The notes under the pieces are model-generated. The model did not search any database. It was not told the origin of the DNA and worked only from the letters and a program-made list of their open reading frames with translations. Positions 38,463 through 47,943 of a stretch of 64,000 bases of DNA are shown piece after piece (position 1 is the first letter of the stretch; each line of letters opens with the position of its first letter). This stretch comes from Candidatus Kerfeldbacteria bacterium (lineage in GTDB: Bacteria > Patescibacteriota > Patescibacteriia > UBA9570 > XYC2-FULL-38-9). Location: contig JACPGJ010000008.1 in the NCBI GenBank assembly GCA_016182555.1, forward strand, positions 28,272-92,271, written 5' to 3'. The translations under genes and the position numbers were made by a program.

Positions 38463-38927
38463 ATGACGAAGAAAACGTTTATTACAAAAGCGGGGCTGCA
38501 AAAAATTCAAGACGAATTACAAGAACTCAAAACAACGAAGCGCAAAGAAATTGCTAACCGTATTCAGGAGGCAAAGGAATTAGGAGATCTTTCCGAAAAC
38601 GCTGAATATATTGAGGCAAAAGAAGAGCAGGGTTTTGTAGAAAGCCGTATTATTGAGTTAGAACAAATGCTCAAAAACACCGAACTGATCGCCCCAAGCA
38701 AAAAAATTCAAGGCGTGCAGATTGGTTCTACGATTACGATTACCGGCCCAGGTGACATAAAAATGACCTACACGATTGTGGGTTCTTCTGAAGCCGATCC
38801 AAAAGGAAACTTCATTTCCAATGAATCACCACTCGGAGCGGCATTTTTAGGGCGGGATGCCGGTGATGATGTGACCGTACGCACACCAAATGGGGAAGTG
38901 AGTTATACGATCGTTTCAGTTGAATAA
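38463..38927 (+). CDS. greA: Transcription elongation factor GreA
   Basis: GDLSENAEY, IVGSSEADP, ISNESPLG. Confidence 0.97.
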   Translation: MTKKTFITKAGLQKIQDELQELKTTKRKEIANRIQEAKELGDLSENAEYIEAKEEQGFVESRIIELEQMLKNTELIAPSKKIQGVQIGSTITITGPGDIKMTYTIVGSSEADPKGNFISNESPLGAAFLGRDAGDDVTVRTPNGEVSYTIVSVE

Positions 38928-38948
38928 TTTATCATTTTCCGCTAGAGT
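38920..38948 (+). promoter_or_regulatory. Putative lysS promoter TTGAAT-17-TAGAGT overlapping the greA terminator
   Basis: Boxes read directly; predicted TSS falls inside the 5' arm of the hairpin. Confidence 0.45.
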
Positions 38949-38982
38949 AACAGGGTGAATACTACACCCTGTTATTTATTTT
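38948..38982 (+). terminator. Intrinsic terminator after greA
   Basis: TAACAGGGTG-aatacta-CACCCTGTTA followed by TTTATTTT. Confidence 0.7.
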
Positions 38983-38986
38983 ACTT

Positions 38987-41083
38987 ATGTCACAAAATCA
39001 CGCTTCACCAATTGACGAATATCAACAACGTATAGCGAAGATGCAAGAACTGCGCGACCTTCAGATTGATCCTTACCCGGCTCAATCTGATCGAACGAGT
39101 ACGGTTGCGCAATTTTTGGAAACATTTGAACTCTTAGCAGCAGAACAGCGTACACAAACATTGACTGGCCGAATTCGATTAAAACGGGAACATGGTAAAT
39201 TAACCTTTGCTCACCTCCAAGACGCAAGTGGAAAAATTCAATTGGTGTTTTCTCAAGCTGAGCTTGGTGAAGATGCCTATGCACAGATGAATCGATTTTT
39301 TGATGTGGCTGATATTATTCAAATTACCGGAACACCTTTCCTGACCAAAAAAGGGGAACAATCAATCTTGGTCACGCAACCACCGCTGATGTTGGCAAAA
39401 GCCTTGCGCCCGTTACCAGAGAAGTGGAAAGGGATTCAAGATGAAGAAACACGTTTCCGCAAACGATACCTGGATATGGTCATGAACCCAGAATTGCGCG
39501 AAATGTTCGTGAAGAAAAGCCTTTTTTGGAATGCCATGCGTACATTTCTTATTGATGAAGGGTTTTTAGAAATTGAAACACCGATATTAGAATCGACACC
39601 TGGTGGCGCTGATGCTGAGCCATTTATTACACATCATAACGCACTGGGTATTGATTTATTTTTGCGCATTTCCGTTGGCGAGTTGTGGCAAAAACGGTTA
39701 ATGGTGGCGGGGTTTGAAAAAACATTCGAAATTGGTCGTGTATTTCGCAATGAGGGTATGAGTCCTGAACATTTACAAGATTATACAGCCATGGAGTTTT
39801 ATTGGGCATATGCGGATTATAACGATAGCATGAAGCTCGTGGAGCGTATGTACAAACATTGTATTATGGCGACATTTGGCACATTGCAATTTTCTATTCG
39901 TGGATTTCATATCAATTTTGATACAGAATGGGGCCACATCGATTATGCACAAACAATTCAGGAGCAATTAGATATTGATATTCTTGCTGCCAGTGATGAT
40001 GAAATTGCTGCGAAAGCAAGAACCATTGGTATGACGGTGGAAGAACATGCTAACCGTGCCCGGTTAGTAGATTCATTATGGAAATATTGTCGTAAATCGA
40101 TTGCTGGGCCGGTTTTTTTGGTGAATCATCCAGTAGATGTGTCACCACTCGCCAAACGAAAAGGCAGCGATGCACGTTTGGTGGAGCGATATCAAATTAT
40201 TATTGCTGGGAGCGAACAAGGAAATGGCTATTCCGAATTAAATGACCCCATGGACCAACGAGCACGTTTTGAAGAGCAAGCAAAACTGCGTGAAGCGGGC
40301 GATACTGAAGCACAAATGCATGATGAAGATTTCGTTGAAGCACTGGAGCATGGGATGCCGCCAACTACCGGCTTTGGTGTGAGTGAACGATTATTTTCCT
40401 TCTTAATGGATAAACCCATTCGTGAATGTGTAATGTTTCCGCTCTTGCGGCCAAAACAACCCGCAATGGTTGATTCGCCTGATACCATAACGTCCGCTAC
40501 GGAATCATCAGATTATTCATTGCAATCATTTGAAGCCGGTATATCAAGAGAACATGCACGAATGTGGCTTTTTCAAGAAGTGAAAGATGAAAATTTACGA
40601 CGTCACATGTTGGCTACGGAAGCGCTGATGAAAGCTCTTGCGCGTCATTTTGGAGCAGCTTCTCCAGAGAGTTGGGGAATAGCCGGGCTCTTGCATGATA
40701 TTGATTGGGAAAAAACATCTATGGATCAACATGGTCTTGTGGGCGCGGAAATGGCAAAAGAAAAAAATATTCATCCACTTATTGTTGACGCCATTCGTGA
40801 ACATAATTATCACCACAAGCTTGAACCAAAAACGCTGTTGTCAAAAGCGATGATGTGTTTAGAGCAGTTGACTGGTCTGATTTCTGCAGCCACATTTGTT
40901 CAGCCAGATAAAAATGTTCATTCAGTCAAGTTAAGTAGCGTGAAGAAAAAATTTAAAGATAAAGGCTTTGCCAAAGGGGTCGACCGAACAATGATTGCAA
41001 AATGTGAAGAACTCCTTGGCCTTTCACTTGATCAATCCATTGAAATCTGTTTAAAAGCCATGCAAGATTCGCCACAAGAATGA
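38987..41083 (+). CDS. lysS: Lysine--tRNA ligase (class II) fused to a C-terminal HD-superfamily domain
   Basis: KALRPLPEKW, RKRYLD, GGADAEPF, FRNEG, YSELNDP, GMPPTTGFG, MFP; then RRHML..GLLHDID..HG..EH..LTGLI..KKKFKDKGFAKGVDR. Confidence 0.95.
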   Translation: MSQNHASPIDEYQQRIAKMQELRDLQIDPYPAQSDRTSTVAQFLETFELLAAEQRTQTLTGRIRLKREHGKLTFAHLQDASGKIQLVFSQAELGEDAYAQMNRFFDVADIIQITGTPFLTKKGEQSILVTQPPLMLAKALRPLPEKWKGIQDEETRFRKRYLDMVMNPELREMFVKKSLFWNAMRTFLIDEGFLEIETPILESTPGGADAEPFITHHNALGIDLFLRISVGELWQKRLMVAGFEKTFEIGRVFRNEGMSPEHLQDYTAMEFYWAYADYNDSMKLVERMYKHCIMATFGTLQFSIRGFHINFDTEWGHIDYAQTIQEQLDIDILAASDDEIAAKARTIGMTVEEHANRARLVDSLWKYCRKSIAGPVFLVNHPVDVSPLAKRKGSDARLVERYQIIIAGSEQGNGYSELNDPMDQRARFEEQAKLREAGDTEAQMHDEDFVEALEHGMPPTTGFGVSERLFSFLMDKPIRECVMFPLLRPKQPAMVDSPDTITSATESSDYSLQSFEAGISREHARMWLFQEVKDENLRRHMLATEALMKALARHFGAASPESWGIAGLLHDIDWEKTSMDQHGLVGAEMAKEKNIHPLIVDAIREHNYHHKLEPKTLLSKAMMCLEQLTGLISAATFVQPDKNVHSVKLSSVKKKFKDKGFAKGVDRTMIAKCEELLGLSLDQSIEICLKAMQDSPQE

Positions 41084-41108
41084 ATAATACGTAAAAAAAA
41101 TAACCTCT

Positions 41109-42380
41109 ATGCTAGACATTCAATACATTCGACAATACCCTGAACTTGTTCAACAAAACGCCGATAAACGTGGTGTGAAAGTGAATATGCAATTGCTTCT
41201 TCACCGTGATGAAGCATTGCGCAATCGAACCCAAGAGCTGGATACGTTACGCGCTGATCGCAATAGCATTGCTGCGCAAATGCAACAAACGGGAGGCAAA
41301 AATGTTGAGCTGATTGAACAAGGGAAATTAGTAAAAGTAAAAATTGCTGAAATTGAACAAGAAGTAGAACGGCTACGTGAAGAATTCCAAGCGCTCATGA
41401 TGCAGGTGCCCAATATGACGCATCCAGATTCACCGATTGGAAAAAATGATCTTGAAAATGTCGAAATTCGGCGGTTTCAAGAGCCCACTGAGTTTTCTTT
41501 TCCTCCAAAAGATCACGTGGAGCTCGGGAAGTCATTGGATCTTATCGATTTTGAACGTGGTGCCGATGTGGCAGGAAAGGGGTTTTACTATTTGAAAAAT
41601 GAAGCGGTATTACTCGAATTGGCACTGGTGAATTACGCTATGGATACCTGTATGGCTGAAGGATTTATGCCGATGATGACGCCAGACCTCGCGTATTCGC
41701 ACGTACTCGCGGGAACAGGCTTTGCTCCGCGGGGCCCGGAAACACAAATTTATAATCTTGAAAATACCAATTTATCTCTTATTGCGACCGCAGAAATTGG
41801 AGTTGCTGGCTATTATCAGAATCATCTTTTTGCAGCAGGTGAACTAGACCAACCGCTCAAAATTGTCGCTTTATCTCATTGTTTTCGCACAGAAGCAGGT
41901 TCGTATGGTCGAGAATCACGTGGTTTGTATCGCGTGCACCAATTTACGAAAGTGGAAATGTTTATCTATAGCAAGCCAGAAGATTCAGAAGCTATGCATC
42001 AGCATCTTTTGGAAGTAGAGGAAAAAATTATGCAACACTTAGAAATACCATATCGTGTCGTCGATATTTGTACCGGAGATTTAGGTGGAGCAGCTTATCG
42101 CAAATATGATGTAGAAGCCTGGATGCCATTTAAGCAAGATTGGGGAGAGGTCACTTCGACATCAAATTGTACGGATTATCAAGCTCGTCGATTGAATATT
42201 AAATATGTAAATGCGGAAGGAAAGAAAGAATATGTGCATACACTCAATGGCACCGCTATTGCGTTGTCTCGAACACCCATTGCTGTTTTAGAAAATTTTC
42301 AACAAGCGGATGGTTCGATTAAAATACCTCAAGTATTGCACCCATATATGTTTGGGAAAACCATGATCAATCGCCGTTAA
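41109..42380 (+). CDS. serS: Serine--tRNA ligase
   Basis: MLDI, LIATAE, CFRTEAG, GLYRVHQF, EVTSTSNCTDYQARR, HTLNGT. Confidence 0.97.
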   Translation: MLDIQYIRQYPELVQQNADKRGVKVNMQLLLHRDEALRNRTQELDTLRADRNSIAAQMQQTGGKNVELIEQGKLVKVKIAEIEQEVERLREEFQALMMQVPNMTHPDSPIGKNDLENVEIRRFQEPTEFSFPPKDHVELGKSLDLIDFERGADVAGKGFYYLKNEAVLLELALVNYAMDTCMAEGFMPMMTPDLAYSHVLAGTGFAPRGPETQIYNLENTNLSLIATAEIGVAGYYQNHLFAAGELDQPLKIVALSHCFRTEAGSYGRESRGLYRVHQFTKVEMFIYSKPEDSEAMHQHLLEVEEKIMQHLEIPYRVVDICTGDLGGAAYRKYDVEAWMPFKQDWGEVTSTSNCTDYQARRLNIKYVNAEGKKEYVHTLNGTAIALSRTPIAVLENFQQADGSIKIPQVLHPYMFGKTMINRR

Positions 42381-43105
42381 CGACGTGCTTCCCAAGGAGT
42401 TTCATTTGAGCGTTTGAACACGCATTGAGAAAGCCAGTTAGTAAACCACGACCAGAGTAAACAGCCCCACCCATCGCGATGGATGCGCCTTCCGGACATC
42501 CGCATCGGATATTTCATCCAGACGCGAGTTTTTCCTAAACGAGTAAGACGGTGAAAAATATCCCAATCTTCTGAGGTGTAGAGTGCTGGGTTATAGCCAT
42601 TGATCTCTTCAAAAGAAGCGCGACGAATAATTTGACAATCTCCACCAGCACCACCAAGCCCGATCATGTTGACGAAGTACATATTCGCATTCACCACGCC
42701 AAACCAAAAACGGTCAATAACCCGCTCTTCTTCTGGATAGAGCCGTGAAGGGAGAGCCACAGCAATTAATTTTTTTTGCTGAGCAAATTGTTGCTTTACC
42801 AAAGAGAGTACCGCATTCAGGTGCGGAATCAATACGTCAGCATCAGTAAAGAAAAGAACATCCCCAGTAGCGACGCGAGCGCCACGGTTGCGACACTCGC
42901 CAATACTGGAACGCTCTGATTCTGTAATAGAGAGCACTGTATCTGCCAACGGCGCAGCTATTTTCGTGGTCATATCACTACTACCATTATCAGAAATAAT
43001 AATTTCACAATCTGTGCCACGAAACGGTTGCCACTGTTCGAGAGTTTTCCTTATACGTTTTTCTTCATTATATGTGGGAATGATGACAGATATTTTCATA
43101 CGCAT
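42377..43105 (-). CDS. Glycosyltransferase family 2
   Basis: ISVIIPTYNEE, SDNGSSD, RNRGA, FTDAD, GYN...SEDWD, SGRR; start placed at MRMKIS. Confidence 0.88.
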   Translation of the reverse strand: MRMKISVIIPTYNEEKRIRKTLEQWQPFRGTDCEIIISDNGSSDMTTKIAAPLADTVLSITESERSSIGECRNRGARVATGDVLFFTDADVLIPHLNAVLSLVKQQFAQQKKLIAVALPSRLYPEEERVIDRFWFGVVNANMYFVNMIGLGGAGGDCQIIRRASFEEINGYNPALYTSEDWDIFHRLTRLGKTRVWMKYPMRMSGRRIHRDGWGCLLWSWFTNWLSQCVFKRSNETPWEARR

Positions 43106-43115
43106 GATATGGAGA

Positions 43116-44165
43116 TTACCAAAAACCTCTTTTAATACGGCGCGCAGTTTCAATAATGCGAGTAAGATAATATTTCGACCGAATAGGATAATCCTGACAA
43201 GGAAGTAAATCAATACGCTCTCCACCAAAACCGGTTTTGAATGTCGTCACGCCGGCAAACGGATGTGGCCGTCGGGTGATACGCGAACGCATTTTATTCT
43301 CTGGTACAATACCCCAAAAATTATAGGCAAGACACCCACGTCGCTTTGCTTCACGTATTGCTTCCCATTGTAATAGATACGACGCTGGAATTTTTTGAAA
43401 TTCACTTAATGAGGCCCCATGATGATACGAAGCCATATCGCCGTAAAACATGATCATGGCTGCGGCAATCACTTTCCCTTCATATTCTGCTAAAAACATG
43501 GCGACTTGATCAGCTTTGACAAATGCACGAAATTGAGCACGAAAAAAATCGTCTTTATAGGGAACAAAACCGTGCCGTTCAACAGTGCTTTTGTGAATGC
43601 GAATGAAATGTTCAACATCGTCTGGATTTTTACTCATCCGAATCGTAACGCCATCACGAGTAGCACGACGAATAAGATTACGCATCGTTTTTCGCATCCC
43701 AACAAGTAGCGTATCTTCTGCTGGTGTAATATCCAACCACCATACATGTTCAGCAAGCATGTGCAATGGAGCACGCCGCCAACCTGCACGATAATACAAC
43801 GCACGATTATCTTTTGCGTCAACAATAAAGGGAGACGAGCGGATGAAGTCGATATTCAGCTCTTTTGCTTTTTTCACGACATACTGTGTAAGCTCGGGTA
43901 CATACTGCCATTTATGCATCTGAAATACTGGACCATAGGGAAGATAAAAAAAATGTCCACGCTTTGCGCGCACAATGACCACAAAAGCCACGCCAATGAG
44001 TATGTTATCTTCTTTCACTCCAATGAGGAGTGATGATTCGCCAACCGTTTCGTGGACCTCGCGCATATACCACGATTGTAAAAATGGCGGCCGAGGAAAA
44101 CCCAATAAAAAATTTTCCCATTCTTCCTGGTTGATCTTTTCAGTGATGACAAGATTAGCGTTCAT
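43116..44165 (-). CDS. FemAB/FemX-family peptidoglycan aminoacyltransferase-like protein
   Basis: PFLQSW, YLPYGP, MRKTMRNLIRRA..GV, YHHGAS, LLQWEAI, YNFWGI, FKTGFGG. Confidence 0.9.
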   Translation of the reverse strand: MNANLVITEKINQEEWENFLLGFPRPPFLQSWYMREVHETVGESSLLIGVKEDNILIGVAFVVIVRAKRGHFFYLPYGPVFQMHKWQYVPELTQYVVKKAKELNIDFIRSSPFIVDAKDNRALYYRAGWRRAPLHMLAEHVWWLDITPAEDTLLVGMRKTMRNLIRRATRDGVTIRMSKNPDDVEHFIRIHKSTVERHGFVPYKDDFFRAQFRAFVKADQVAMFLAEYEGKVIAAAMIMFYGDMASYHHGASLSEFQKIPASYLLQWEAIREAKRRGCLAYNFWGIVPENKMRSRITRRPHPFAGVTTFKTGFGGERIDLLPCQDYPIRSKYYLTRIIETARRIKRGFW

Positions 44166-45420
44166 GGAGGATCTGAATGATATGTTGGCTTATATTCTCC
44201 GCTTGCTGTTTGCTCGTTTGAATGGAGGTGGGTAAATTCACTACACGCCGAGCTGTTTCTTCTGCGTTGGGGCAACTTCCGTTTGTATACTGTGCTGCGG
44301 TCAGCGAGGCATCTTTTGGATCAATAACGTGCCGATACCAGTCTCCGAGGAGTATGCCTTCTTTTCGCATTTTTTTCAAGAGTATTTCCGCTTGTGCAGG
44401 TGAAACTTGTATTGGAAAGCGTAAAAATATGGGTTCGTCGCTTTCTCGTATAGTGGGAAGTTGAATTTCTTTCTGTTTTGCAAATGCGGCCTGGTACATG
44501 TCGGCGAGTTTTTTCCGGTGCGTATTTTTTATCTCTAAATCACTATATTGTTGCAAAGCCCATTCCGCAATAACATTGGGTAAACGAAAACCATGCAATT
44601 GTTGTCCCTGTTTTTCTTCTGTTTCTAATACTAATGGCCACAAATGCAATGAGCGTGTTCCTTCGATCAATAATTTTCCGAGTGAAAAAAAATAGTAAAA
44701 CTGTTTTGCCACGGCAAAAATTAATGGGTGGAGTAATCGCTTTTTTACCCATAATCGAGAGGGGAGAGATAACCCATCAACATAAGCGCGAACGCCTTGA
44801 GCTATATCTGTATTATGAGTGATCGCCAACCCACCAGAAACAGAAGAGATGACCTTATCGCGGCCAAAAGAAAACATTGCGGCATCACCAAATGTGCCAA
44901 CGAGTTTTCCATTCACGGCAGCGCCCAAGGCATGGGCACAATCTTCAATCAAGAGAACACCATGTAAACGGCAGAGTGCCTGTATGCGCTCAATATCTGC
45001 TGGAATACCAAAGGTGTGTTGCACAATCACTGCACGAATATGTTGTTCATGACGGAGGATGGTTTCTAGGGAATCGACATCAATATTATACGAATCATCA
45101 ATATCTACATATCGTGGTTTGCCGCCAGCCGCAATAATGGTATTCGGTACAGAGATACAGGTAAAGGATTGTAATATCACCTTATCGTCGGGACGCAATT
45201 TGAGAGCGTCCATAAGCGCATATAATGCGGTACGACCAGCATCAAAAGCAATGGCGTGCGGCATGCCATAATCTTCTTTAAAACGTTTTTCCAACGCAAA
45301 TACGGCTGTTCCGCGCATCCATCGAAGCCAATGCCACGGATAAAAAATGCGACTCAACACAAATTGAATATCACGCTTAGTCACATTCGGAGAGATGTTT
45401 GATGAAATAGGTGTGCGCAT
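44155..45420 (-). CDS. DegT/DnrJ/EryC1/StrS-family PLP-dependent aminotransferase
   Basis: GRTAL, FTCISVP, QHTFGIP, IEDCAHALG, FSFGRDKV..SGG, NLPT. Confidence 0.9.
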   Translation of the reverse strand: MRTPISSNISPNVTKRDIQFVLSRIFYPWHWLRWMRGTAVFALEKRFKEDYGMPHAIAFDAGRTALYALMDALKLRPDDKVILQSFTCISVPNTIIAAGGKPRYVDIDDSYNIDVDSLETILRHEQHIRAVIVQHTFGIPADIERIQALCRLHGVLLIEDCAHALGAAVNGKLVGTFGDAAMFSFGRDKVISSVSGGLAITHNTDIAQGVRAYVDGLSLPSRLWVKKRLLHPLIFAVAKQFYYFFSLGKLLIEGTRSLHLWPLVLETEEKQGQQLHGFRLPNVIAEWALQQYSDLEIKNTHRKKLADMYQAAFAKQKEIQLPTIRESDEPIFLRFPIQVSPAQAEILLKKMRKEGILLGDWYRHVIDPKDASLTAAQYTNGSCPNAEETARRVVNLPTSIQTSKQQAENISQHIIQILHER

Positions 45421-45436
45421 ATTTTTTTCAGGCGAG

Positions 45437-47026
45437 TTATCTCGTAGCCATATACTCTCGTAGCAACCCATGAATTCTTCCTTCAATGAGTACCGCATCC
45501 CTATCTGTTATTGTAGAGAGGTGGTGTTTTATCATGCGAGATGGGCGATCGTCAATAATGATCTGTTCTCGAGCCATCCCTCCTGCAAGCGCTCCACGCA
45601 ATAAGGTTTGGGCAAAATCTTTTTTGGTAATATAGAGTGTATCCGCGACAGCACCAATCGCACGACCAATTTCTTCATGTTTTGCATCAGACTGCTGTCC
45701 CAATTCTTGCATGCCAGGAGTCAGCACTATTTTTTTCTTACCCGTATAGACTTGTAAATAGCGAAGGGCCGCTATAAATCCATCTGGGTTAGCATTATAT
45801 CCATCGTCAATGACCGTCGCGTGATTTTTACCAAGCGATACATCCATTGTTCCTGGTATCGTTTGTAATGTATTCATGCCATGAACAATCTGTTGCATGG
45901 TGAGACCAAGATGATCAGCAACGGTAACAGCAGCGAGGATAGCAGGAATGACCTGCGCACCAAACAATCGAACGGTGACCGGCGTAGAAACGTTTCCAAT
46001 ATGCAGAACAAATTGTATATGCCGTGGAAATACATGAATATCAGTGGCATAAACGTGCGCAATATCTTGTACCGAAAAAAATTTTTTCTTCGCATGAGTG
46101 CGATCAGCAACCGCCAAGCAATGGGGATTGTCACGGTTAATCACTGCAAGGCCCGAGCTTGGTAGTGCTTCCAATAATTCAGCTTTCGTATTTTTTGTTG
46201 TTTCAATATCACGAAAAAATGCAAGATGCTGTTCGTTAATAGCGGTGAGTATACCAATAATCGGCGAAACTAATTCGCAAGTTGAACGAATGTCGCCAGG
46301 AATATACGCTCCCATTTCGGCAATAAACACCTCGTGTTGTGGTTTCAGTTGGTGAAGTATGGTTTGTGCCACACCGATATCAACATTCACATTTTTTGAG
46401 GTGGCGAGAACAGAGAATTTTTCTGAGAGAATCGTTTTTAAAAATTCTTTTGTTGAAGATTTTCCATAACTACCAGTAATGCCAATGACAATAGGATTGA
46501 CGTGTCGTATTTTTTCTTTAGCGCGTCGAATCACTCGCTGTTTTTCCCGGTGCGTCATCGGTTCAAAACTGATAATAAACGCACTCACGAGAATTGGAAC
46601 GAGCATCACCGCAACCACCAATACGAAAAACATCGTATTATTGGTATAAAAAATAAACCCAGGGATACTATTCAAAACACATAGTATACTCATCATCAGT
46701 AGTATTTTTGCGGTAAATTTTGGTCGCCAACGTTTTCGCAACCAATCAACAATTTCTCCAATAGCGAGAAGAGAGAAATACAAAACGGCATGTGAAGGAA
46801 AAATGAATGCGATAATGAGTATAAGAAACTCTACAAAAAATATCCAAGAGAAAATCGTTCGCTTGCCTGAACGTGTGTGCAAAAAATCACGCATGCGATC
46901 ACGTCGATACTCTTTTAATTGCCAAATGTAAAACCAAAAAAGCATTTTGGTACCAATAATCGCACACCACAAAATAAAAATCATCAGTATAAATAATTGA
47001 TGAGAATACGTATTGAATATATCCAT
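45437..47026 (-). CDS. murF: Mur ligase MurF with N-terminal multi-TM extension
   Basis: GITGSYGKSSTKE, AEMGA, EQHL, IDDGYNANP, TPGMQELG; first ~150 aa hydrophobic. Confidence 0.85.
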   Translation of the reverse strand: MDIFNTYSHQLFILMIFILWCAIIGTKMLFWFYIWQLKEYRRDRMRDFLHTRSGKRTIFSWIFFVEFLILIIAFIFPSHAVLYFSLLAIGEIVDWLRKRWRPKFTAKILLMMSILCVLNSIPGFIFYTNNTMFFVLVVAVMLVPILVSAFIISFEPMTHREKQRVIRRAKEKIRHVNPIVIGITGSYGKSSTKEFLKTILSEKFSVLATSKNVNVDIGVAQTILHQLKPQHEVFIAEMGAYIPGDIRSTCELVSPIIGILTAINEQHLAFFRDIETTKNTKAELLEALPSSGLAVINRDNPHCLAVADRTHAKKKFFSVQDIAHVYATDIHVFPRHIQFVLHIGNVSTPVTVRLFGAQVIPAILAAVTVADHLGLTMQQIVHGMNTLQTIPGTMDVSLGKNHATVIDDGYNANPDGFIAALRYLQVYTGKKKIVLTPGMQELGQQSDAKHEEIGRAIGAVADTLYITKKDFAQTLLRGALAGGMAREQIIIDDRPSRMIKHHLSTITDRDAVLIEGRIHGLLREYMATR

Positions 47027-47028
47027 AT

Positions 47029-47820
47029 TTATTCAGCTAAAAATGCAACAATATCTTCTGCGATCTGCTGTGCATGAGTCGTATGAATGCCATGCCGTCC
47101 ATCTCCAAAAATACGAACATCAGCATGGGGAATTTTATTCTTCATAAATTCACTCTGTTCTACCGGTACATAAGAATCATGCTGGCCCCAAAAAATTTTT
47201 ACCGGTTGAGTAATGGTTTCAAACACCGGAGATAAATCTTCAGCAATGACGTTCTGAAATGTTTGCTTCATCACACCTGATGTATGTAAATAATCATGAC
47301 CACCAATTAACATGTACCCCCATTTTTTGACTGTAGGGAATAACCGGTTAAGTAGGGGCAGTTCAAAAATGACTTTCATTGCAGTCGCTAAGCGAGTAAT
47401 GACCCCAATACGTTTTTCATGATTACGAATGCCAGCCGGAGCAATATAGACTACGCGACGAACACGATTCGGATGTTCATACAATAATTTTGTCGTGACA
47501 CGCCCGCCAAAAGAGTGGCTCACAAGAATAACCTGTTTAATGTGAAGAACGTCTAAATATTTTACGACGCATTCAGCATACGCATGAACATTCCAGGGTT
47601 GGGTAGGAGCAGGGGAGCGACCAAAGCCTGGAAAATCTATCGCAATAAGACGCCGTGCAATCTGCCCATTAATGAGTTCCTGCCAGAGCGCCTGGAATGA
47701 CATCGCCGATCCACCCCACCCATGAAGAAATAAGATAGGAATAGCCTCGTTGTTTGCTTCAAATTCAATGTAAGAGACGATTTGATGGTTCAATGTTAGC
47801 TGTTTTCTTGTGCCAATCAT
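47029..47820 (-). CDS. Alpha/beta-fold serine hydrolase
   Basis: LHGWGG, DFPGFG, SHSFGG nucleophile, WGQHD, H in GRHG; start 47820 chosen because TATAAT lies 6 nt upstream. Confidence 0.9.
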   Translation of the reverse strand: MIGTRKQLTLNHQIVSYIEFEANNEAIPILFLHGWGGSAMSFQALWQELINGQIARRLIAIDFPGFGRSPAPTQPWNVHAYAECVVKYLDVLHIKQVILVSHSFGGRVTTKLLYEHPNRVRRVVYIAPAGIRNHEKRIGVITRLATAMKVIFELPLLNRLFPTVKKWGYMLIGGHDYLHTSGVMKQTFQNVIAEDLSPVFETITQPVKIFWGQHDSYVPVEQSEFMKNKIPHADVRIFGDGRHGIHTTHAQQIAEDIVAFLAE

Positions 47821-47826
47821 ATGTGT

Positions 47827-47832
47827 ATTATA
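47827..47832 (-). promoter_or_regulatory. -10 box TATAAT, 6 nt before the hydrolase ATG (leaderless)
   Basis: Minus strand reads TATAAT-acacat-ATG. Confidence 0.55.
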
Positions 47833-47848
47833 GCGAATATTCACCTAT

Positions 47849-47912
47849 AGCACCAATTCTTCGAGAGCTTCGTTTGGCTTCGCAAAGCCGTGCTCTCTCC
47901 AGAATTGCTGCT
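47849..47912 (+). repeat. Nested palindromic element, copy C (intergenic, between divergent genes)
   Basis: CAATTCT/AGAATTG, GAGAGC/GCTCTC, apical GC-TTC-GC; aligns with copies A and B. Confidence 0.85.
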
Positions 47913-47933
47913 CCGGCAAATATACAGTAAAAT
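47905..47933 (+). promoter_or_regulatory. Putative promoter TTGCTG-17-TAAAAT for the ftsQ-like gene; -35 lies inside repeat copy C
   Basis: Boxes and spacing read directly; ATG 10 nt downstream. Confidence 0.45.
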
Positions 47934-47943
47934 ACTATATGAT

